A stretch of 35,837 nucleotides of DNA from Thermoanaerobaculia bacterium (GTDB lineage Bacteria > Acidobacteriota > Thermoanaerobaculia > Gp7-AA8). The position numbers and the translations under genes were made by a program. Positions 1 to 10,695 of the stretch are shown here, in pieces. The notes under the pieces are model-generated. The model ran no database searches. It saw only the letters and a program-made list of their open reading frames with translations, and was not told where the DNA came from. Each line of letters opens with the position of its first letter. Within the stretch, counting starts at the first letter, position 1. The DNA lies in contig JBBRMQ010000009.1 in the NCBI GenBank assembly GCA_038230775.1, positions 1 to 35,837 on the forward strand, read 5' to 3'.

Positions 1-2
1 CG

Positions 3-188
3 CTCGCGACCGGCGACGCGAAGCTGAAGGTGAAGATTCATGCATCGCGCAAACAAGACGACGGAACGTTCCGTCTCGAAGGTCGCCCGCTCGACATGAC
101 GCGCGAGCTGCGCGAGCGAATCGTCGCGACGATTTCAGGCCGGTCTTCGAGCACTTCGCCGCCAACCTCGCGTTCTGGGGCGCGCTGA
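3..188 (+). CDS. 3' end of an unidentified protein-coding gene that starts upstream of the window (frame 3 reads LATGDAKLKVKIHASRKQDDGTFRLEGRPLDMTRELRERIVA... and stops with TGA at 186-188)
   Basis: Only frame at the left edge with protein-like composition. The frame-2 alternative is an Arg-rich, low-complexity translation. Confidence 0.3.
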   Translation, partial: LATGDAKLKVKIHASRKQDDGTFRLEGRPLDMTRELRERIVATISGRSSSTSPPTSRSGAR

Positions 189-196
189 TTCTGATC

Positions 197-445
197 ATGA
201 ACCGCCACACGGTCGGCGCGGGCGCCGCGATCGCGATCGTTCTTGCGGCGGCCGCGATCTTCTACGGGTTTCGCGCGCGGCGCGAGTTGTTCGTGTTCTA
301 TGGATACGTCTACGGGCTCATCGCGATCGATGCGCTGATGTTGTGGAACGTCCACGACGAGCTCGCGATCGTATTGCTCCTGCTCGTTTCCACGATCGCG
401 GTAATCGTCGCGATGGTCATCACTCACCGGCGGTTCCACCCGTGA
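197..445 (+). CDS. small hydrophobic membrane protein (82 aa, 2-3 predicted TM helices)
   Basis: ATG at 197. The translation is almost entirely hydrophobic (AIAIVLAAAAIFYGF..., LLLLVSTIAVIVAMVI). Its stop overlaps the GTG of the next ORF (GTGA at 442-445), suggesting translational coupling. Confidence 0.4.
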   Translation: MNRHTVGAGAAIAIVLAAAAIFYGFRARRELFVFYGYVYGLIAIDALMLWNVHDELAIVLLLLVSTIAVIVAMVITHRRFHP

Positions 446-1320
446 TCGCAGACATCATCTTTTTCGTTCTGACGTGGTTTGCCGTCCTTGCGCTGGTGGC
501 GTTGTGCCGTCTGCTCGGACTCCCCCAGGGATGGACTCCGCTGATCCTCTGCCTGGTCACGGCGGAGATTCTGCTGCGACGGGGGCGGAAGACGGGCGTG
601 GAGGCTGCGCTGTGGATCGGCGGCCTGATCGCGTTCATCTTCTCGCTGCCACACAACGGACGGCCCGAAGCGATCCTGGTCTTCGCGGCGGCGTTCGTCC
701 TTGCCGGCTGGCGGCTGCGGAACTCGCTCTTCGGAACGGTGGCCGTCGTGCTGGGGATCGCCTATCTCGCTCAGAAGCACTGGCGATTCGAGGCGATGCT
801 GATGGGCGTCGTCATCGGCATCATCGCCGCGCTCGTGATGACCGCCGTGAAACGCGACTCGCTCTTCGCGCTGGTGGCCATCGTGTCGCCGATTGCCGGA
901 TACGTTGCCTACCATTCGCTGCGGGAGCCATCCCGTGCCGGCGTGGTGATCCTCTTCGCAGCGGCGGCTGCGATCGACCTGGCGATCGGAGTTTACTGCC
1001 GCATCCGTGCGCCTCTCATCGCCGGCGCCGTGTGCGTCGCGATCGCAGCAATCGAGGTGCAGGATTTCATTGCCCTTCCGCTCGAGGCAAGACTGATTCT
1101 TGCCGGCGCTCTGATGCTGGCGACTGCCGCCGCGATCATGCGCGCTCTCCGCCACCGCACAACGGGGATCGTCGTCACGCCGTCGAAACCGCACGAGCTG
1201 CAGCAGATCGTGCAGCTCGCGGTGACCCTGCAGTCGACGCCAACTCAGCCCGCCGAGCCAGCGTCGCTTGAGCCCGGTGGTGGGGGGTTCGGCGGCGCCG
1301 GCGCGAGCGGTCAGTACTAG
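442..1320 (+). CDS. polytopic integral membrane protein of unknown function (about 290 aa)
   Basis: Long ORF with many hydrophobic segments and a Gly-rich C-terminal tail. I placed the start at GTG 442 rather than the upstream Arg-rich extension at 343, because the 197-445 ORF occupies that stretch in another frame. Confidence 0.5.
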   Translation: MIADIIFFVLTWFAVLALVALCRLLGLPQGWTPLILCLVTAEILLRRGRKTGVEAALWIGGLIAFIFSLPHNGRPEAILVFAAAFVLAGWRLRNSLFGTVAVVLGIAYLAQKHWRFEAMLMGVVIGIIAALVMTAVKRDSLFALVAIVSPIAGYVAYHSLREPSRAGVVILFAAAAAIDLAIGVYCRIRAPLIAGAVCVAIAAIEVQDFIALPLEARLILAGALMLATAAAIMRALRHRTTGIVVTPSKPHELQQIVQLAVTLQSTPTQPAEPASLEPGGGGFGGAGASGQY

Positions 1321-1373
1321 TGTGTGGGCTGGCTTTAGCCGGCCAGTGACCGGCTGAAGCCGGTCCACACACA
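1320..1373. repeat. REP-like palindromic element (outer GTGTGTGGG...CCACACAC arms enclosing the hairpin GACCGGCTGAAGCCGGTC)
   Basis: Nested inverted repeats sit immediately after the TAG stop at 1318-1320. The same core recurs at 14497-14514 and in both arms of the element at 33410-33538. Confidence 0.6.
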
Positions 1374-1496
1374 TGGCTGATCAGCGTTTCATCATCGTCG
1401 CACCCGCCATCGCGCGATGAAATCAGCAACCCGCCACCCTGTCGAATCCAAAGATTGCTTCGGCGCACCGTGTTCCACGTGTAACAGCCCGTTGTT

Positions 1497-2429
1497 CTAC
1501 TCAGCGCGTGAGAGCACCCGACGCTCGAGTGCCAGCGCGCCTCCAGCCAGCGCGATGGACGCTGCGGCGGCCGCGAAGCCTGCAACGCAATCGATCGCGT
1601 AGTGGTAGCGGAGATAAAGCGTGGAGAGCCAGTTGCCCACGATGAAGGGCGCAACGATCCAGAAGAGCACGCGCCCGCGCTTCGCCGCATACCAGAAGAC
1701 GATCGTGGACACGGCGATGTGGAGGCTTGGAAAAACGTCGCGCGGCGCGCGAGCTCGATCCATGAAATCGATAATCGGCTGGTAAAGCGAGCCCGAGAGA
1801 GCCTTCGAGTACAGATGCGGAAACGCGATGCCTGGCCCGACCGCAGGAACCATCACGTAGCTCAGCGAGCCGATCGCTCCGCAGATCAGGATCGCGAGGA
1901 GAAACTCACGAAACGTGCGGATGCTGCGTCTGTACCACAGACCGGCTACGACTGGCGGCAGCACGAGGTGGAGCGCATAGCACAGCGAGAGAAAACTGGT
2001 GAGCCCGGGCGAGATCCAATGCTGCATCGGAACCGACGGAGTCTCGCCGAACAACCGCCTGTCGATCGCGAGAAGGTCTGCGTCGAACGTCCGCGGCTGG
2101 ATCGCCGTCCAGATCGCCCAGGTGAAAGTGGCGTAAAACAACAGGAACAGCAGAAAGGGCAACCAGTCGCGCACCACGCCGGCCACGTCGGCCATCCAGC
2201 GGCCGATCGATGACCCCTCCTCCGACTGCGCGGCGTAGCGCAGGGACGCGATGAAGATGATCACCGACATCGGCAGCGCGATGAAGCTTACGGCCCATAG
2301 GTGTTCGCCTCCACCGAAGAGCAGTCGTGACGATGTCGAAAGGCCGATATAGCCGATCAGCACCGCCGCGACGAGGACGCAAAGGACGTCCTCGACGCGA
2401 ATCTCAAGGCTGGAGGCGTAACGGTTCAT
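1497..2429 (-). CDS. PAP2-superfamily integral membrane protein (Aur1/phosphoinositol-transferase-like lipid phosphatase/transferase fold)
   Basis: 310-aa polytopic membrane protein with PAP2-like motifs PSLH and RYHYAIDCVAG near the C-terminus. Confidence 0.55.
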   Translation of the reverse strand: MNRYASSLEIRVEDVLCVLVAAVLIGYIGLSTSSRLLFGGGEHLWAVSFIALPMSVIIFIASLRYAAQSEEGSSIGRWMADVAGVVRDWLPFLLFLLFYATFTWAIWTAIQPRTFDADLLAIDRRLFGETPSVPMQHWISPGLTSFLSLCYALHLVLPPVVAGLWYRRSIRTFREFLLAILICGAIGSLSYVMVPAVGPGIAFPHLYSKALSGSLYQPIIDFMDRARAPRDVFPSLHIAVSTIVFWYAAKRGRVLFWIVAPFIVGNWLSTLYLRYHYAIDCVAGFAAAAASIALAGGALALERRVLSRAE

Positions 2430-3210
2430 AGTCGATCAGTACCTCGCCGCGGCGGATCGCTTCCATCATTCCTCGGAGCGCCGGCGCATTGGCCTCCGCG
2501 GGATTCAACCGACGGTACGATGCCATGACCTGTTCCGCCGCCGCCAGATCATGCCGCATGGAAAGAAGGCGCAACAGCCGGTAAACGGCGGGCTGAAATG
2601 TCACATCGGCCGCCAGGCTTCGCCGGAACCACGCCTCCGCGGCGGGATCGCCGCCATGCTCGGCGATGCGGCCGAGGATGTAGTCGCGCGTTGCGGCGGA
2701 ATGGAAATCGTCGGGCAACGTGGATAGCGCGCGACGCGCGTCGTCCTCGCGTCTCAAAGCGTACAGGCACAGTGCGGCGTTGAAGACGGCGTCGCTGCGC
2801 GATACCAGCGGATCGTTGCTGCTGGTCGCCGCCGCCGAGAACTCACTCAGAGCCTCCGCGATGCGTCCTTCGTGAACGAGAGCCGCGCCGCGGTCGTATC
2901 GCAGGTTTCCGTCGACGCTTCCCCCGAGTTTCTCGTAGAGATCGATGCGGTTCCTTACGACCGGCCAATCCTCGCGATCAAACGCGTAGCGGATTCCCAG
3001 GATCAGTCCCATGCGCGCGGCGTACGGCACGATGACGACGAGCCCGCCGGCGAGAACTGCGATCGCAGCCGCGGACCCGGCCATCTTGCTTCGCTGGCCG
3101 AACCGATCGTGAAGAAAACGCGTGGCGACCAGGACCGCCGAGGTCATGAGGAGCAGAGGCGCCAGGCGGGCGGCGAGAGACATCCACAACAGCATTTTCC
3201 CGCCCGCCAT
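2404..3210 (-). CDS. membrane-anchored TPR-like repeat protein
   Basis: The N-terminal hydrophobic helices (MAGGKMLLWMSLAARLAPLLLMTSAVLVA..., AAAIAVLAGGLVVIVPY) are followed by an Ala/Leu/Arg-rich helical repeat region. I chose the start at the Met before the first TM, since the longer ORF (to 3414) has a Cys/Arg-rich non-proteinaceous N-terminus. The 3' end overlaps the PAP2 gene by 26 nt. Confidence 0.45.
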   Translation of the reverse strand: MAGGKMLLWMSLAARLAPLLLMTSAVLVATRFLHDRFGQRSKMAGSAAAIAVLAGGLVVIVPYAARMGLILGIRYAFDREDWPVVRNRIDLYEKLGGSVDGNLRYDRGAALVHEGRIAEALSEFSAAATSSNDPLVSRSDAVFNAALCLYALRREDDARRALSTLPDDFHSAATRDYILGRIAEHGGDPAAEAWFRRSLAADVTFQPAVYRLLRLLSMRHDLAAAEQVMASYRRLNPAEANAPALRGMMEAIRRGEVLIDYEPLRLQP

Positions 3211-3453
3211 CAGCGCACAGAATACGCGGATCAAAACGCTGGTGCATGTCGAAAAGCCCGCTGATGACTCGATACAGTCGTTCCTCGCACGTTTTCCACA
3301 ACAGTGCGGATTCGCCTGCTGCATCCCCGTTTTTCCACGGCCGGGCTCGCTGATTCCGTTCGGAAATCTCATCCAAGAAGCTGCGGAGAAAAGGTCGCCC
3401 CTGCCGATGTGCAAAACATGAGGAAAAGGCGCGGAAAATCTGCGGAATCGCGT

Positions 3454-3502
3454 GTGGATTAGCTGCGAAAAACCGGTGGATTACCGGTGGATTTGTGGCG
3501 GA
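3454..3502. promoter_or_regulatory. tandem direct repeats GTGGATTA / CCGGTGGATTA / CCGGTGGATTT / GTGGCGG (11-bp register), a candidate transcription-factor binding array
   Basis: Exact adjacent duplication CCGGTGGATT(A/T) at 3474-3495 with a partial copy 20 bp upstream. Located in the divergent intergenic region between the TPR gene and nrdJ. Confidence 0.25.
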
Positions 3503-3605
3503 AATACCAAGGATGGCTTTCGGAGCTAAATCGCTGTAGCAACGAATACTTAAGCCGCGTTCGCTGTTCTTCTTCACACGAAAGCAGCCTTTTTATCATG
3601 TCCCC

Positions 3606-3634
3606 TTGACTTCCCGTTCTACGGGGCGTAGCTT
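3606..3634 (+). promoter_or_regulatory. candidate sigma70-type promoter TTGACT-N17-TAGCTT for nrdJ
   Basis: Consensus -35 hexamer, 17-nt spacer and a plausible -10, about 300 nt upstream of the nrdJ ATG. Confidence 0.35.
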
Positions 3635-3640
3635 TTGCGG

Positions 3641-3934
3641 AAACCAAGAAGGTCTACTGCGAGGGGGGATTGATGAAAGATTTGAAGGCTTCGCGTCTGG
3701 CCACCCGTTCTCCACTACGATCCGTTTCATTGCAGATCAGGGATTACCAGGTGACGGCTAAAGTGAAGACTCCAGTCCCGCAGGCTCCGAACACCGCACT
3801 CCGCTCCGCGGCTCGCTAAATGAAACGCAAACTGCACAAAAAGTTCGGTTGACGAACGACGGCGAATATCACGCTGTCGTTCGAAGAAGCGCCCCCTTGC
3901 GGGGCGTTTCGGTTCAGAGGAGGAGGGAAACATC
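3641..3934 (+). promoter_or_regulatory. long structured 5' leader of nrdJ. A 12-bp-stem hairpin (3854-3884) is followed by a GC hairpin plus short U-run (3889-3912), then the RBS AGGAGGAGGG.
   Basis: CGAACGACGGCG-aatatca-CGCTGTCGTTCG (11/12 paired), then GCGCCCC-cttg-CGGGGCG-TTTCGGTT, then AGGAGGAGGGAAACATC-ATG. Confidence 0.4.
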
Positions 3935-6751
<2,817 letters not shown>

Positions 6752-6777
6752 GGAGTTGCGAACGTATTGCTACGACA

Positions 6778-6806
6778 GGGGCGGCCTCGGCCGCCCCAAG
6801 TTTTTC
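6778..6806 (+). terminator. rho-independent terminator of nrdJ (GGGGCGGCC-tcg-GCCGCCCC followed by AAGTTTTTC)
   Basis: Perfect 8-bp GC stem plus T-tract 27 nt after the nrdJ stop. It sits directly against the stop of the convergent Z1 gene. Confidence 0.7.
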
Positions 6807-6829
6807 TAGGCGGAAACCTCACTATACCT

Positions 6830-9694
6830 CTACTTGTCCACGACAATAGCATCCTCTTTCGAGGGATCGTGCACGACAAACAAGAGACGCCGCGAAATGA
6901 GATTGCTCGGAAAGAGAAGCGCAAAGCCCATTGAAACGATGTTCTCGTTGCGAGTCATATCGCGAACGGGGTAAAAGAGCAGAACCGCGCGTCTTGGCTT
7001 CTTGAGTGCGACGACCGACTCAGATGGCGAGTCACCTTCGTGAATTCCAACGATATACTCAAGTATCTTCCGGTGTCGTGGCTCGCTATACGTCTTGAAG
7101 CGGTAGGGTTCGACCTGAACGCGCGCGCGATGGGCGACCGAGAACTCCGCCTTCTTGGTGCCAAGCCAGAATTCATCCCAGTCTTGCAGTTGGGGCGCGA
7201 CAAACAACCAATCATCAATACAAGGATCGCCCATTGCGCCCCGTGCGAACTCAAGAACGGGACCCAATACTCCTGGTTTCGACCATCGATACGATTCCAA
7301 AAAAGTCAGAACGTTTTGCTTATCTAAGAGCGCCCAGTGAGCCACCATCTCGCGGGTCTCGCCGTCTCGCTGGACGGAGAAATACGTCTCGGTGAGCAAT
7401 CCGGTCCCGCTTAGCATCAGTTTCGCCGCAGAATTATTGCTATTTGCACTCTTCTCATCGGTTGGTGCCAGCGTTCGTTCAACCCACTCGCCGCCAAAGT
7501 TTTGGGACTTCAGTACAGCGTTATACATTTTGTTGCGAGATGTAGGCGCGAGAAGATGTGCGGGCACGAGGGGTGGAACATCGCGTGGGGTTATGCGAGG
7601 GTCTGACTCCCGTGAGTAGCGACCCAGTCGGTCACGAAAATCTTCTTCGTCAAGGCAGATGGACTTAAACGCTTCGAGAAGATCGAAGGTTGTTCTACCG
7701 TCAGGTTCGGCCCGTCCAATGAACAGCCGGACAAGATCGCGATAACCGTAACGGTAACCAAACCATCGCCCCATTTGCATCAACGTGTCGGCGTTACGCG
7801 CCCTTCGGCGGTAGTAGCTGATAGTGAGGCCCTCAACCGTATAACCTCTCGATAACTTCGTCCCGCCAACCAGAACCTTCCAGATGGGGCCCGATTCGAA
7901 ATCCGGCGCGAGGGAAGCGTAACGCCGATCGCCGTTAACGATCGCAACCGGCGAATCGCCCAAGACGGATAGGCACCGCTCGACAAATGGAAGAAGTTCT
8001 GGAAAGGTTGGTGGTCTCGGCACGCCCTCTTCATAATCGATCAACGCGCTCGTGAACTCCTCTTCATACAGTGCCTGAAGGCGGCCTAAGGCCTGAGGAG
8101 ATCCGTATTTCGCGTCCCGGAAAACCGTCTCGACGACTCGGACATCGGCTTCATGCTCCGAAATTTTATGCGATCGATGAATGAGCATCGTGTGATGCCG
8201 AAACCGAATTGTTGTTACGCTCTGCCGATAAAGCTTTATTGCGCCACTTAGAATGAAAAGATCGAACGCGCGCGGAAGGTTAGAATCATCAGTATCGTCA
8301 CCCCAGATGCCGCGCACGTAAGTACGCTCGTTCGAAGAACCGTCGGCGAGATCAAAGAAGTCGCTCACGCCCATGTAGCGTGATGGTTTTTGAAGCGAAA
8401 TGATAAAGTCCTTTGGAAAGAGATCTACGGCGTCATCAGGATTTACGAAGACGTTTGCGACAGGCGTTGCAGTGTAGCCCACGTACTGACTGCGCGGGAG
8501 AATCCTTAGCAGTTCTACAATTGCGGCATTGGTAGCCGTGCGCTCGCCCCGGGCCTGCCGGTCTGGTGTTAGCGTATTCAAAGATGCTTGGTCGGATTCG
8601 TCGTCGATTATTAATGCCGGGATCGACGCCAGAGGGGTATGAGTAAGCCCTCGCAAGTCCTTGATGAATTTCGTGAGAATTCGACTGTTCTTCTTGATGA
8701 CAACCATGCGGGCCCGGACTTGGCGAAGATTCTCCATCGAGTTGAGACGGCGATCGGGGCGAGCGCGCTCGAATTCAAGGGCGAGCAGGCCGCGCCTGAG
8801 ACTCTGATAATCGCCTTTCGCGCCCGTCAACCTGTGCCAGTCAAAGGAGCCGAGTTCGCTGGGAATCGCACCATAGCTGATGAACTCCTCCCATTCCTGA
8901 TCATCGATATAGTCATGTGGTTCGTCGGCGGCCGTGTCCGCTAGGATCAATTCCTTCCCAATCAGTTGCTTGTCGATCCTTCGCTGGGTTTGATTTCGGA
9001 GAAGGTCTAGCGTCCCGCCTAGTACGACGATGAGCCGGTATCCAGCATCAGCCGCTTTAGCTATGACACCGATGAAGTTTGCGGTCTTCCCGCTTTGCAC
9101 ATAGCCGACGACCATCCCCTTCGTCTGGTATGCCGCTTCTCGGCTCGGCTCCGACAATTCACGAACAACGCCATCGCTGGCACGATTGAGGTCATCAATA
9201 CTGTCCTCGGGCCATTCAGCGCGGTCTCGGAGGTACTGCGAATAGGAATCCCAGTAGAACGAGGACTCCGCACGACGCGCGGGGGTATACCAATCGTCAT
9301 GCGATAATGCTATGACGGTCGGCTCTTTGCTAAGCGTCCGAGCGGGGATAAGCTCGTCGACTCTGGCCCGCTGAGCGGTGGGCAGCTGAAGAAGATCATA
9401 GATTAGCTGGCGGCGAGTCTCGGAGTTCCGTCCTGTCTCGCCGCACCATCCGGCCTCGCCGTAGTCCCATTGATGAAGATATTGAGTGAAGAGTCGACGG
9501 GCTGCCGCGTTAACGTCATCTGACAGCATCAAGTCAATGGCGTCATCCACGTCGCTATCGGCCAGCGATTTGCCTCGCTTGGAGGCGCTGTCTATGAGGA
9601 ACTCCCGTAACGGACGCGGACCAAGGTCTATCTCCGAATAACCCATCGTCCGAAGTGCGGTCGCGATGATTGGGGTGAGCTCTGATTCATTCAT
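6830..9694 (-). CDS. Z1-domain protein with P-loop NTPase / SF2-helicase-like core (954 aa), predicted restriction-like defence component
   Basis: Walker A GYVQSGKTANF and Walker B/DExx LIIDDESDQAS. The size and architecture match the Z1 family of computationally predicted restriction-linked ATPases. It is the last gene of a five-gene operon with 4-bp overlaps, and it is A+T-richer than flanking genes. Confidence 0.75.
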   Translation of the reverse strand: MNESELTPIIATALRTMGYSEIDLGPRPLREFLIDSASKRGKSLADSDVDDAIDLMLSDDVNAAARRLFTQYLHQWDYGEAGWCGETGRNSETRRQLIYDLLQLPTAQRARVDELIPARTLSKEPTVIALSHDDWYTPARRAESSFYWDSYSQYLRDRAEWPEDSIDDLNRASDGVVRELSEPSREAAYQTKGMVVGYVQSGKTANFIGVIAKAADAGYRLIVVLGGTLDLLRNQTQRRIDKQLIGKELILADTAADEPHDYIDDQEWEEFISYGAIPSELGSFDWHRLTGAKGDYQSLRRGLLALEFERARPDRRLNSMENLRQVRARMVVIKKNSRILTKFIKDLRGLTHTPLASIPALIIDDESDQASLNTLTPDRQARGERTATNAAIVELLRILPRSQYVGYTATPVANVFVNPDDAVDLFPKDFIISLQKPSRYMGVSDFFDLADGSSNERTYVRGIWGDDTDDSNLPRAFDLFILSGAIKLYRQSVTTIRFRHHTMLIHRSHKISEHEADVRVVETVFRDAKYGSPQALGRLQALYEEEFTSALIDYEEGVPRPPTFPELLPFVERCLSVLGDSPVAIVNGDRRYASLAPDFESGPIWKVLVGGTKLSRGYTVEGLTISYYRRRARNADTLMQMGRWFGYRYGYRDLVRLFIGRAEPDGRTTFDLLEAFKSICLDEEDFRDRLGRYSRESDPRITPRDVPPLVPAHLLAPTSRNKMYNAVLKSQNFGGEWVERTLAPTDEKSANSNNSAAKLMLSGTGLLTETYFSVQRDGETREMVAHWALLDKQNVLTFLESYRWSKPGVLGPVLEFARGAMGDPCIDDWLFVAPQLQDWDEFWLGTKKAEFSVAHRARVQVEPYRFKTYSEPRHRKILEYIVGIHEGDSPSESVVALKKPRRAVLLFYPVRDMTRNENIVSMGFALLFPSNLISRRLLFVVHDPSKEDAIVVDK

Positions 9695-10695
9695 GAGTCG
9701 TAGCCTAGGAATGGTGTAAGCAATGAGTAGTAAGTCGGATCGGGAGTCTCTACAACGATGCCATCGAGATTCAGGCGGTATCGAACATCTAGGATTCGTG
9801 AAGAAAGTGATTGACCCAACCCGAGATCAAGCAGAGCACGAGTGACCCGGGGGCTGCCGTCAGTGACTAACATTGCGCCGGGAGGCAGCCGAAAGTCATA
9901 TTTATCTTGGTACCGGGTGCCACTTTCGTCGCCATACCCAATGCCATGAAGTCGCTCGTTGAACGCACTCAGTAAATCCGGCCCCGGCTCGAGCATGTCG
10001 CGGACCCTCCCCACCATACCGGGCAGACTGATTCCGGCTGCACCAGAGCGTTTCAGCGTGAGCGACAAGACGATTAGCGAACATCCGGGACTGGGCACGA
10101 GCTGGTCCAGGCTATTGATAGTGTGCACTCGAGAAGCACCAATCGTAGTCTTGACCTCAAGCTCAGCATTGCCACCCCGAAAGTCATGAGCTTCGCCTCG
10201 GGGTCCGACCCACGACGTCAACGCAAGACCAGCGTTCCGGTTCGCTGCTAGCTCCAAAAACCACAGCTCGCCCCAAAGACCAATCTGTCTTTCCAGTGAC
10301 AGATCTTCGTCCCTGCGTAGCAGAAGCTCCCAAAGGTCAATCGCGCCGCGAATAGCGTCGAGCGCCGGCACGCGGTCTAGCTGTATGCGATCAGCAATGT
10401 CCTGAATTAGCGAATATAGCGGCTTAAAAAGAACACGGTTCTCGGTGGAGCATTCAACGACAGATCCTTCGGAATCGGACCGGAAAGAAACATCGACAGC
10501 ACTGAGCGGCAATGTCACGTCCCGTGGCGGTGTGACCGTTCGGCATCGGAGTCCCATCCGGCGTGCGCCGTCATCGACGAAGATGAATATAGACGGCGCT
10601 CCCCGTATGGGATGCAGCGCCGGCACCCCTGGCGCGATGAACGTCTGTTCAAAATGCTCCCAAGTGAGATGACGTTCTGGGTTTGGAACGTTCAC
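9691..10695 (-). CDS. PD-(D/E)xK-like putative nuclease (DUF4420-like), partner of Z1/GHKL modules
   Basis: 334 aa with a candidate nuclease core GLWGELWFLE ... HDFRGGNAELEVKTT (E ... D ... ExK). Start and stop overlap neighbours by 4 bp (ATGA). Confidence 0.5.
   Translation of the reverse strand: MNVPNPERHLTWEHFEQTFIAPGVPALHPIRGAPSIFIFVDDGARRMGLRCRTVTPPRDVTLPLSAVDVSFRSDSEGSVVECSTENRVLFKPLYSLIQDIADRIQLDRVPALDAIRGAIDLWELLLRRDEDLSLERQIGLWGELWFLELAANRNAGLALTSWVGPRGEAHDFRGGNAELEVKTTIGASRVHTINSLDQLVPSPGCSLIVLSLTLKRSGAAGISLPGMVGRVRDMLEPGPDLLSAFNERLHGIGYGDESGTRYQDKYDFRLPPGAMLVTDGSPRVTRALLDLGLGQSLSSRILDVRYRLNLDGIVVETPDPTYYSLLTPFLGYDS

Noticed and set aside
424-1374. 316-aa minus-strand ORF and 265-aa plus-strand ORF (474-1271) overlapping the membrane protein gene
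   Set aside because: Arg/Asp-rich low-complexity translations typical of out-of-frame or antisense reading of high-GC coding DNA. The hydrophobic plus-strand frame is clearly the coding one.
3641-3934. Cobalamin (B12) riboswitch upstream of nrdJ
   Set aside because: Fragments resembling GGGA...GGTG...TCC...CCCGC are present, but the conserved B12-box (GCCACTG) and the 3' AGYCMGGAGACCKGCC element are not found in the required order. A B12 riboswitch would also be biologically unexpected on the B12-dependent isozyme. Left as an unclassified structured leader.
3641-3934. NrdR boxes (tandem 16-bp A/T-rich palindromes) in the nrdJ leader
   Set aside because: No pair of acaCwAtATaTwGtgt-like palindromes is visible. 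The only strong palindrome is a GC-rich 12-bp-stem hairpin, which does not fit the NrdR operator.
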